64,000 nucleotides of DNA from an archaeon. Lineage in GTDB: Archaea > Thermoproteota > Nitrososphaeria > Nitrososphaerales > Gagatemarchaeaceae. Position 1 is the stretch's first letter, and the number at the start of each line of letters is the position of its first letter. This document shows positions 1 through 6,994 of the stretch, piece after piece. The stretch spans positions 84 to 64,083 of the forward strand of contig JAJZIG010000001.1 in NCBI GenBank assembly GCA_021851265.1, read 5' to 3'. The notes beneath the pieces are model-generated. The model saw only the letters and a program-made list of their open reading frames with translations, ran no database searches and was not told the origin of the DNA. The translations under genes were made by a program, and so were the position numbers.

Positions 1-168
1 GCTCTCCAAATCCAGTTCGGGGTGCAGAGGGACCACGATGAACGAGACGTCATTGGTCAGCGTGACGTGGCTGGCTCCCCTTCTGCCTGAGCACTCTGAA
101 GCCGAACCGCCTCGCTTCGTCAGTATCTTGACCAGGTCCTTGCCAGAGACCACAGGGAGACGGCTCAA
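1..168 (-). CDS. hicA: HicA-like toxin (mRNA interferase), 3' end beyond window edge
   Basis: Not in the ORF track because it runs off the edge. My translation from TTG at 168 gives LSRLPVVSGKDLVKILTKRG..GASHVTLTNDVSFIVVPLHPELD. This fits the HicA pattern (SGKE/D..kiL...G....GSH......vP.H.eL). It starts 5 nt after the hicB stop. Confidence 0.5.
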   Translation of the reverse strand, partial: MSRLPVVSGKDLVKILTKRGGSASECSGRRGASHVTLTNDVSFIVVPLHPELDLES

Positions 169-434
169 TTGGTCACTCTGCGGGGACGAGCTGCCCTTTC
201 TCTATGGCCACCTTGCCGTGCTCCATGGCGTAGTCGGCCATGGCTTCGAGGTGGGTTTGGATGGCCTCCCTAAGGTTTCGCCTGGCCTCGTCCTTGGTCG
301 CACCCTGGGTGGTGATTCCCAGCCCAGGGACCCTCGCGACGAAGTATCTCTCGCCCTTGTACACCCTGACGCTGAACTGCATGGCCATCAAGCACGAAAA
401 CACTCGCTGACGGTATAAGCCGACACCTGTCAGG
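130..434. repeat. Copy A of a dispersed direct repeat (hicA 5' end + hicB + upstream flank)
   Basis: gaccaggtccttgccagagaccacagg ... ctgccctttctc.atggccac.ttgccgtgctc.atg.cgtagtcggccatggc.tcgag ... taagccgacacc..tgtcagga recurs at 5575-5791 in the same orientation. Confidence 0.75.
173..403 (-). CDS. hicB: HicB-family antitoxin (UPF0150-like)
   Basis: 76-aa ORF. YFVARVPGLGITTQGATKDEARRNLREAIQTHLEAM matches the HicB N-terminal domain signature. It is paired with the hicA-like ORF. Confidence 0.7.
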   Translation of the reverse strand: MFSCLMAMQFSVRVYKGERYFVARVPGLGITTQGATKDEARRNLREAIQTHLEAMADYAMEHGKVAIEKGQLVPAE

Positions 435-802
435 ATGTTGGGAGACAGGAATCCTCGAGCCCCTGGATGGCGTGGACGATTTCGACGGCGAAGCGACCGG
501 CTACTATCTTGGCACCACTCACGTCAGACTGGTCAGGGTCAGAAAGCTGGTACATCTGATGTTCAGCAGCCGCTAAGACGCACTAGCCCACTACGCCGAA
601 GCGAAACTCAGGACAGACTTTCGTTGAAGATGCCGGAGAGAAACACGCACGAAACCAGGGCGCAGGCCGAAGCTTCTACGGATGCTCTCGTTGCGACCGC
701 AATGGCCTCGCGAAAGAGACACGAGAAGACGGTAGGAACCGCTCCACGAGCGAAGTAGCCTACTGGACCACCTGTTCATGAAACGTCCATCAGGCGCAGT
801 TA

Positions 803-1369
803 TCATGGCTGGTCTCTTTCAAGCACAAGTCCGTAGGCTTCTTTGAGCGCACCAATTGCCAGTTTCATTTTCCCGAGGTCATTCTTTCCCCACTCAATCT
901 TAGCGCCTATCGTATAGATTGCTATGTTGCGAGTTCCACCGAATCTCAGTTCCAAGTGTATCTCATGTCGCCTTGATATTTGTCTCAGAACCCTGGCCCA
1001 ATCATCAAATCTCTTGGCAATCAGTGGAAACCTTGAATTGAATGACAGCCGGACGTTGCGTTTCGTGAAGTTGGAAAGGTCCATCTTCATCAGGTCTTTG
1101 GCGCCTTCCTCTCCGTATTCTCTCTCAACGAGCCCTATCGTATCGCCGATTTCGGAGGTTTCTAGCCACACGTAGTTGTCGTGACTCTTCCAAACGTACT
1201 TGATGTGACCAACTTCTTTAGCATAGGCCATATCAGGACACCACACGAACCATTTCGCGTTCTGTTTGACTTCGCTTCGAGATTCAGGCACTTCCGCCAC
1301 TTCGAATGGTGCCCGTACTGACCACGAAAGATAGTCCGCAACCACTTTTTGCTCTGGTTCCTCAGACAT
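803..1369 (-). CDS. Hypothetical 188-aa protein, last gene of the three-gene operon (candidate immunity/partner protein)
   Basis: ORF track. Its ATG overlaps the upstream stop by 8 nt (ATGTCTGA, 1362-1369). Low G+C (28/60 at 841-900). I recognise no motif. Confidence 0.6.
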   Translation of the reverse strand: MSEEPEQKVVADYLSWSVRAPFEVAEVPESRSEVKQNAKWFVWCPDMAYAKEVGHIKYVWKSHDNYVWLETSEIGDTIGLVEREYGEEGAKDLMKMDLSNFTKRNVRLSFNSRFPLIAKRFDDWARVLRQISRRHEIHLELRFGGTRNIAIYTIGAKIEWGKNDLGKMKLAIGALKEAYGLVLERDQP

Positions 1370-3116
1370 TCGAGTTCACCACCTGTCTCACCCGTCTGAC
1401 ATGGATTCGTATCGGGTCATCATTCAGATTCCAATCCATCACCATGACATATCCTCGCTCGATTTCTTCGCCCTGATATTTCCGTTGTCTATCGTAATAA
1501 GTCCCCACCTGAATCTCACCTCGTTTGAGGGCACTCTCTATCTGACCCCAATACTTCGATTCGGAAATCGATAACTTGTGGTCAGGGTCCCGAAATACAT
1601 GGTCAGTGCCGTTTCCTGTGACTCCGACCTTTCGCGTCTCATTAAAGGGGTGCCTTTCTATTCTCTCCCAACCAGCTAGATTCATCAAATTCGAAATCAA
1701 ACCTTCACCTACCTCTCCCTTGACTACACCGTACCTTCTTGTGCCCTCTTCCACCGCGCCTTCAAGGATCGACTTAACAGATTCCTGTAACCTCCTATCC
1801 ACAGCAAAAGTGTAAACCCCATCCGTCCCCTCTGGTGCATCAAGAAGTCTGGCAAGTCGCAGGGCCTCGGGCTTGTCCAGCTGTCCTAGCGAGAGTTTCC
1901 TATCCCCAATATCGGGATGGTCAAGCGACTGTCGATGCTCGTGTACCTCGTTCTTGCTCTGAACATATTTCACCACAAGTTCATCTCCCTCCATCCTCAT
2001 CCCTTCCACAGGGTAGTCCCTGCCGAACCTCACCGCGGCCCTATGTCCGTCGAACTCCAGCTTGCAGTCGTCCTTTCCCTCGAGCTTCCCCCGCAGAACA
2101 AGGTGCGACCCGCTCGTGGACATCTTGTATCCCTCGAGCTCCACCTGGCGCCCGTCCACGTTCAGGAACATCTTCCCCTCCTCGCGCTCCAGCCTGACGT
2201 TCTGCAGGTGTTCGCACTTTCCCCGTTCGAAGTCCCTCGCCATCTTGTATTCGTCAACACCCTTGGCTTCGACTAGCTCGTACTTGCTCCCCTTCGCTCC
2301 CCCGATGTCCCCCACATAGGCCTCCGCCCTGCGGCTTGAGGCGTTGTATCTCGCGTACACAGCTTCCACCTCGTCTCCCTCGATGGGCCTCAGCTCCAGC
2401 TGTACGATCGCGCTGTGGTCAGGCGGGCCGTAGCCTGCCTGCTCCAGGTCGCACATGGGAACCCGCACGTTGGCACCCTTGCCATAGTCGACTGCCTCGA
2501 GGACCCTCGGAACTTCTTCCCGCTCGTTCTGGCCCTGTAAACGCCGCAAACCCGGCGTTTCCGCCTGTTCTTCCTTCTTCTGACCCGGGCTCGCATGCTC
2601 GACCACGAGTATCTGGTCGTCATTTCTGGTGTAGCTCCCAGGACCTGGCTTCTCCGGCGGCTCGGGATCTGGCGGTTTCTCGTCGACACGAGGGTCCTTG
2701 GTGCCGGCCTTTGATCGGACGTCCTTGACCTCTTCCCTGCCCTCCTTCATCCTGTCGGCGTCATCCGCCCCATTCGAACCACCCTTGTCCTGTTGGGCGT
2801 GCTCCTTGGGAGCGTCCTTGCCTGCTTTTTCCTCCTGCGGTGGGGCCTCGCCGGCGTCAGGTCCGGCCTTCTTGGGGTCCTTCCTCACTTCCGACGCTCC
2901 GTCTTTCGCATCGACGGCCTTCTCTCCTTCCTCTCCTTTCTCGCGAGCTCCTGCGCCCTTCCCGTCCTCCTTGCCCGCTATCCCCTCACGCCACCCTTCC
3001 AGGGTCTCCTCGTCGACCCCGTCCACGCCCTTCTCCATCACCTCCTTCCTGAACCCCTCCAGGTCGTCGCCCTTCGACCCCTCGCCCTCGTCGGGCGCGT
3101 CCGACCCTTCACGCAC
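1362..3116 (-). CDS. Large protein: K/E/D/G/P-rich disordered N-terminus, beta-rich middle, C-terminal PD-(D/E)xK-like (restriction-endonuclease-fold) module
   Basis: ORF 1362..3248. I prefer the GTG at 3116, which overlaps the upstream stop by 8 nt. C-terminal motifs: GEVGEGLISNLMNLAGWERIERH, GNGTDHVFRD, LSISESKYW (about nt 1540-1725). Confidence 0.6.
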   Translation of the reverse strand: MREGSDAPDEGEGSKGDDLEGFRKEVMEKGVDGVDEETLEGWREGIAGKEDGKGAGAREKGEEGEKAVDAKDGASEVRKDPKKAGPDAGEAPPQEEKAGKDAPKEHAQQDKGGSNGADDADRMKEGREEVKDVRSKAGTKDPRVDEKPPDPEPPEKPGPGSYTRNDDQILVVEHASPGQKKEEQAETPGLRRLQGQNEREEVPRVLEAVDYGKGANVRVPMCDLEQAGYGPPDHSAIVQLELRPIEGDEVEAVYARYNASSRRAEAYVGDIGGAKGSKYELVEAKGVDEYKMARDFERGKCEHLQNVRLEREEGKMFLNVDGRQVELEGYKMSTSGSHLVLRGKLEGKDDCKLEFDGHRAAVRFGRDYPVEGMRMEGDELVVKYVQSKNEVHEHRQSLDHPDIGDRKLSLGQLDKPEALRLARLLDAPEGTDGVYTFAVDRRLQESVKSILEGAVEEGTRRYGVVKGEVGEGLISNLMNLAGWERIERHPFNETRKVGVTGNGTDHVFRDPDHKLSISESKYWGQIESALKRGEIQVGTYYDRQRKYQGEEIERGYVMVMDWNLNDDPIRIHVRRVRQVVNSNV

Positions 3117-4200
3117 GGGGCCCCGCCTCCAGCTCCTTCCTGAACAGCCTGGGGAACTTCTCCCTCTGCTCAGCGTTGAAGGGGAGATAGTATGCTGTGG
3201 CCAGCGAAAGCACCCTGGTCGCCACCTCGACCACGTCCCTCCCTCCAAACTCCCGGGCCTCCCAGAGCAGGAAGTCCCGCAACCCCTGCGTCCGCCCGTG
3301 CCTCACCCAGTCCCTGTAGGCCCCGAGGAACCCCTCCCTGAACCTGGGGGCTTCCACCAGCGCCTGGACCTTGGCCTCCAGCGGCTCCTCCACTTCCGGG
3401 ACAGGGTTCTTCCTGTAGAACATGGCCATGCACTCCTCCACGTCCGCGTCCGACACCTCGCGCGACTGCATGCTCCACACGTCCTCCCTCACCAGGACCC
3501 TGGCCGGGACCGGGTGCCCCTCGACGCTCACCACCGCCTCCCCGGGCCTGAGCGCCGTGAACACCGCCGCCTGCTCCTCGGTCGCGTTCATCGCCCCGGC
3601 CATCGCCTCCCTGTCAGGCAGGTCAGGGAGCCGGTGGACGAGCTTGGTCGCCGTGTTCTTTATCGCGTCGGGGAGTATCCTCCCCAGGCCGCCGGCGAAC
3701 TCGAGCCTCAGGTTGACGGGGTAGCCGAGCTCGGCGAAGGTCTGAGACAGGCGCTGGAACCTCTGCAGCGTCTCCTTCGGCTCGGCCTTCTTCGTGTCCA
3801 GGTATCCCAGGGGGACGGTCGTCAGCTCGACGCAGCGGAGGGTCTCGGGCCCCCTGTGGCTGCTTCCGCCGAAGATCTCCGAGGCCGGGCCAGCAACCAT
3901 CTCCGTGAACTCCTGGACGAGTCCCGGGAAGAGCCCGAGGACGAGGAGGCTGACCCCGGCGGCGGCGAAGACGATGGGAGAGTAGGTCCCCTGCTCGGCG
4001 ACGGCGACGATGGAGAGGAAGAGGAGGAGCGCCCCCAGGTAGATCATCCAATGCGGCCTCCCGACCCGCGGCTGGGCCTGCCTGTTCGACCAGAACCTGT
4101 AGAGCAGGAAGACCAGGATGGGCACGCCGACTACCAGTGCGCCGACGTTCAGGGCCCACACGGCGAACAGGAACACGAAGGCGGTGAGCTTCCAGCCCAT
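3109..4200 (-). CDS. Membrane protein (about 4 TM) with a soluble domain resembling the post-Walker-B tail of FtsK/HerA-superfamily ATPases; no P-loop seen
   Basis: ORF 3109..4296. I prefer the ATG at 4200 (MGWKLTAFVFLF), which has a TATA-like box 24 nt upstream. Hydrophobic helices WKLTAFVFLFAVWALNVGALVVGVPILVFLL, MIYLGALLLFLSIVAVA and IVFAAAGVSLLVLGLFPGLV. Tail motif IKNTATKLVHRLPD..D.EAMAGAM..TEEQAAVFTALRPGEAVV. Confidence 0.55.
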   Translation of the reverse strand: MGWKLTAFVFLFAVWALNVGALVVGVPILVFLLYRFWSNRQAQPRVGRPHWMIYLGALLLFLSIVAVAEQGTYSPIVFAAAGVSLLVLGLFPGLVQEFTEMVAGPASEIFGGSSHRGPETLRCVELTTVPLGYLDTKKAEPKETLQRFQRLSQTFAELGYPVNLRLEFAGGLGRILPDAIKNTATKLVHRLPDLPDREAMAGAMNATEEQAAVFTALRPGEAVVSVEGHPVPARVLVREDVWSMQSREVSDADVEECMAMFYRKNPVPEVEEPLEAKVQALVEAPRFREGFLGAYRDWVRHGRTQGLRDFLLWEAREFGGRDVVEVATRVLSLATAYYLPFNAEQREKFPRLFRKELEAGPRA

Positions 4201-4218
4201 GGCGGAGAGCCCGCGGGG

Positions 4219-4228
4219 AATACTAAAG
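4219..4228 (-). promoter_or_regulatory. TATA-like box for the three-gene operon (leaderless ATG at 4200)
   Basis: The minus strand reads ctttagtatt, centred about 24 nt upstream of the ATG. Confidence 0.4.
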
Positions 4229-4264
4229 CCGGTTGCGCACCTGTGGGACTCCCCAGAGGAGAGT

Positions 4265-4282
4265 TTCGCCTCGGGAGGCGAA
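4265..4282. promoter_or_regulatory. Perfect 18-nt palindrome between the PIN gene and the operon promoter (hairpin or operator)
   Basis: ttcgcctc-gg-gaggcgaa. Confidence 0.3.
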
Positions 4283-4481
4283 CCATGGGCCGTCAAATCG
4301 AATCAGGGGCTGAGAGGTGGAAATGACCAGCGCTCTTGGAAAGACTTCATCCCTGGCTGTTGTAGGGGACTAGACCACCCGCCACACAGCACCCCTCGAT
4401 CTCACATGGCGACGCCACGGCGGCGTGTGGAGAGGAGCGAAGACATCTCAACTCTGGGAATCGAGGCTTTTGATTGTTCGG

Positions 4482-4919
4482 TCATCTCTTGTACGGGTCG
4501 TCCGTGATGAGATGTCCTTTCTTGAAGTTCACCTCGTTGGCGATGAACTTCAGCAGCGCCGGGTTGCCCAGAAGCTTCCCCTCGAATGTCAGCAGCCCCA
4601 TGCACCTCCGGTCTGTGATGCTCATGGCCAGTATCCGGACATCAGTGCTCTCAAGGTAGCGGTCGACTCTGTGGATCTTGGCGACCATGCTCGAGTAGTG
4701 CCTCAGGTCGTCCGGCTCGACGTGCCCGACAGCGATCTTCTCTTCTTGAAGGTACCTCGTCACTTCACCCAGGTCCAGCTTCAGGTCCTTCTTCGCCGTG
4801 ACCTTGACCAGCTCCCCGAGGCAGATGTCAGGTATGACCGCTCGAATCCCCTTCGCCTTCATCGCGTTGATGGTGTTGGTCGCGAGGTCGGTCTGGTCCC
4901 TGTTCGAAGGGCGACCCAC
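4482..4919 (-). CDS. PIN-domain (VapC-like) toxin; conserved N-terminus lies upstream of the first in-frame start (possible frameshift)
   Basis: The ORF starts at a GTG. It contains IPDICLGELV and STDVRILAMSITDRRCMGLLTFEGKL. The same frame upstream (4920-4997) encodes SSEGVSTAGNYCLDANYAIAYFEGRS, which holds the first PIN acidic residue, but has no ATG/GTG/TTG. Confidence 0.6.
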   Translation of the reverse strand: MGRPSNRDQTDLATNTINAMKAKGIRAVIPDICLGELVKVTAKKDLKLDLGEVTRYLQEEKIAVGHVEPDDLRHYSSMVAKIHRVDRYLESTDVRILAMSITDRRCMGLLTFEGKLLGNPALLKFIANEVNFKKGHLITDDPYKR

Positions 4920-4989
4920 GCTCCTCCCCTCGAAGTACGCGATGGCGTAGTTCGCGTCGAGGCAGTAGTTTCCGGCCGTGGAGACGCCC

Positions 4990-5439
4990 TCACTGGATTA
5001 TGTTCTGTGAACGGAGGTCGCGCAATACCTTCTCTGCCATCGGGTCGGTCACCCAGGGCTTCGACACCCGGAGGGCACCAGGGAGGTCACCGTCGCTTAT
5101 CCCTGCGGGGGTCTCCTTCAGCGCCATGATGGCGGAAGCCAGCTCTATCCAGCTGTCCTTGTGGTCCATGAACCAGTCCAGCTTTGCCAGGACGTCGGGC
5201 TCGAGGTCAGCCTCACCTCCCGGCTTGGCGTTGTAGTACCACTGCGCGAGGGTCGAGGAATAGGGCCCGTGGATGTACAGCCCGTACTCGAGCTCGGTGA
5301 ACGGCTCCACCCCAAGGTGCCTCAGCAGGAAGGCCGCCTTCTGGAGCCTGAACCTGGCCGAGAAGTCGCCGTCGATGGCTCTCGCTGTCACTCTGAGGCG
5401 CTCCATCAGCCATCCAATCGACGCTTCATTCTTGGGCAA
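4990..5439 (-). CDS. DUF4065/Panacea-domain (SocA/GepA-like) putative antitoxin
   Basis: RLQKAAFLLRHLGVEPFTELEYGLYIHGPYSSTLAQWYY fits klqKLlY......g.pl....f.aw.hGPv.p.vY. It lies immediately upstream of the PIN gene. Confidence 0.55.
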   Translation of the reverse strand: MPKNEASIGWLMERLRVTARAIDGDFSARFRLQKAAFLLRHLGVEPFTELEYGLYIHGPYSSTLAQWYYNAKPGGEADLEPDVLAKLDWFMDHKDSWIELASAIMALKETPAGISDGDLPGALRVSKPWVTDPMAEKVLRDLRSQNIIQ

Positions 5440-5473
5440 ACCTGTTCCCCCGAGACGCTTTCAGAGGCCCTCG

Positions 5474-5481
5474 ATATTTAA
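5474..5481 (-). promoter_or_regulatory. TATA-like box upstream of the DUF4065-PIN pair
   Basis: The minus strand reads ttaaatat, about 38 nt upstream of the ATG at 5439. Confidence 0.35.
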
Positions 5482-5574
5482 GGGGGGACGCCGAAACCAT
5501 CGAATCTTGTGGCACGTGTCCCTGGAAGTGTCGGGCCCATGCCGAGCGCCGAAAACGACGTGGGTGAACGACCT

Positions 5575-5737
5575 GACCAGGTCCTTGCCAGAGACCACAG
5601 GGGGGTGGCTCAACCGCTCACTCTGAGGGGACTAGCTGCCCTTTCTCAATGGCCACTTTGCCGTGCTCTATCGCGTAGTCGGCCATGGCCTCGAGATGGC
5701 TCTGGATGGCTTCCCGCAAGTTGCGTCTCGCCGCCTC
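5575..5737 (-). pseudogene. Decayed hicAB copy (frameshifted hicA 5' stub + C-terminal half of hicB)
   Basis: The minus strand encodes EAARRNLREAIQSHLEAMADYAIEHGKVAIEKGQLVPSE-stop (stop at 5618-5620). The N-terminal hicB half present at 290-400 is missing. The hicA start region carries an extra base and then diverges. Confidence 0.65.
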
Positions 5738-5791
5738 AACACCCCCCGACGATATTCAAGCCGACACCCGCCCGAGGCTGACCTGTCAGGA
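5575..5791. repeat. Copy B of the dispersed direct repeat (see 130-434), with an internal deletion of roughly 120 nt
   Basis: By-eye alignment to 130-434, including the flank aagccgacacc...tgtcagga. Confidence 0.75.
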
Positions 5792-5809
5792 GATGGCGCC
5801 CAGTGCGAG

Positions 5810-5817
5810 ATTTAAGG
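5810..5817 (+). promoter_or_regulatory. TATA-like box for the wHTH regulator gene
   Basis: atttaagg, about 32 nt upstream of the TTG at 5846. Confidence 0.35.
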
Positions 5818-5845
5818 CGTCTCGACGCGGTCTTGAGGGGCTGGG

Positions 5846-6100
5846 TTGAAGCGGAGGTCGGACATCGTCATCATGATGCAGGTACTGGAGCAGGTCCGCA
5901 GGGAGCCTAGGGGTCCGACGAGGCTCGCGCAGTCCGTGAACCTTTCGTTCGACAAGTGCATGCCGTATCTCCGGTCACTGGAACAGAAGGGGCTCATCGC
6001 CAAGGGCGCCAGCGAAGGCAGGGACGTCTACATGATAACCCAAGTTGGCGTCGATACGTTCCTGGAGTGGGAGAGGTTGTGGGAGAAGCTCAAGCCATGA
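5846..6100 (+). CDS. Small winged-helix transcriptional regulator (HTH_45-like)
   Basis: RSDIVIMMQVLEQV..PRGPTRLAQSVNLSFDKCMPYLRSLEQKGLI....GRDVYMITQVG fits the archaeal wHTH pattern. Confidence 0.6.
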   Translation: MKRRSDIVIMMQVLEQVRREPRGPTRLAQSVNLSFDKCMPYLRSLEQKGLIAKGASEGRDVYMITQVGVDTFLEWERLWEKLKP

Positions 6101-6151
6101 ACTCCCCAAAGGGGAGCACCGCTTTTATGGCAAGTACGGCTGGTATGGTAC

Positions 6152-6499
6152 ATGACTGAAGACAGGCCCAGCCAGGTTGAGATTCACGAGGACTTCATCC
6201 AGCACGTGGAGGACGCCAGCTCGAAGATGCGGATACTGTCGGCGGTAAGCGCGGTCGTCGCCTTCCTTCTGGTGCTCGCCTACATCTCGCAACTCGTGCT
6301 CCCTCTGACCGGGACGACGAGCGTGAAGGTGAGCTTGACCGATCCTGCTCTTATTGCAACCGAGATAGCAGTACTGGTTCTGTCCGTCGCCTGGCTCTAC
6401 GTCGGGGTCAGCAACTACCGCTTTACTACGAGGCTGGCCAGGCGCATCGCAGCAGCGAGGGCCGCAGAAGCCGAGTTAGAGAAGAAGATGGCTGGTTAG
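6152..6499 (+). CDS. Hypothetical membrane protein (2 TM)
   Basis: ORF track. Hydrophobic helices AVSAVVAFLLVLAYISQLVL and IAVLVLSVAWLYVGV. Confidence 0.5.
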   Translation: MTEDRPSQVEIHEDFIQHVEDASSKMRILSAVSAVVAFLLVLAYISQLVLPLTGTTSVKVSLTDPALIATEIAVLVLSVAWLYVGVSNYRFTTRLARRIAAARAAEAELEKKMAG

Positions 6500-6580
6500 G
6501 TTGGAGCCTGTTCTGGCGGAGGCGCAACGAACCCATGCACGGCGACATGGCTCTTTATCTGGTAACGAACCAATCTTAGG

Positions 6581-6904
6581 ATGATGTTGGGCTGCCTGCA
6601 AAGCAACCTCTTCTACGAAGTATTGGCTTACTGGTTGCTGGTTTCTGGCGTTATCGGTTTCCTTGCTATGGGCGTCGACAAAGCCCGAGCGAGAGGTGGA
6701 GAGTGGCGGATACCAGAGGCGACGCTGCTAGTCATCTCATTGGTGGGAGGCGCTCTGGGTGCTGCAATAGGAGCGGTGATGTTTCACCACAAGACATCGA
6801 AGCCAAGTTTCTTGGTCCTGTTTCTTCCAGTAGTCGTTCTGTGGCTGTTGGCGTTGCAGTGGGCCGGTTTCCTCGGTCGTCTCGGAACCTACCTTCCGCA
6901 ATGA
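6581..6904 (+). CDS. DUF1294-family membrane protein
   Basis: GVDKARARGGEWRIPEATLLVISLVGGALGAAIGAVMFHHKTSKPSF matches the DUF1294 signature. Confidence 0.65.
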   Translation: MMLGCLQSNLFYEVLAYWLLVSGVIGFLAMGVDKARARGGEWRIPEATLLVISLVGGALGAAIGAVMFHHKTSKPSFLVLFLPVVVLWLLALQWAGFLGRLGTYLPQ

Positions 6905-6994
6905 GAACCCCGGGCGCAACAAAGCCTACACACGGCACCAAGGTCTTTGCAAAGAGATAACTCATCCCGGCCGCCCCATCTGGAGATGTAAGGA

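Noticed and set aside
441-569. 42-codon minus-strand ORF upstream of hicB (MYQLSDPDQSDVSGAKIVAGRFAVEIVHAIQGLEDSCLPTS)
   Set aside because: It is too short, with no recognisable motif and no obvious promoter. It may be a decayed fragment within the island.
2698-4326. 542-aa plus-strand ORF, the longest in the island
   Set aside because: It is P/S/R/G-rich low complexity with no motifs. It lies antisense to two minus-strand ORFs that have TM helices and recognisable motifs. This is a typical GC-rich shadow ORF.
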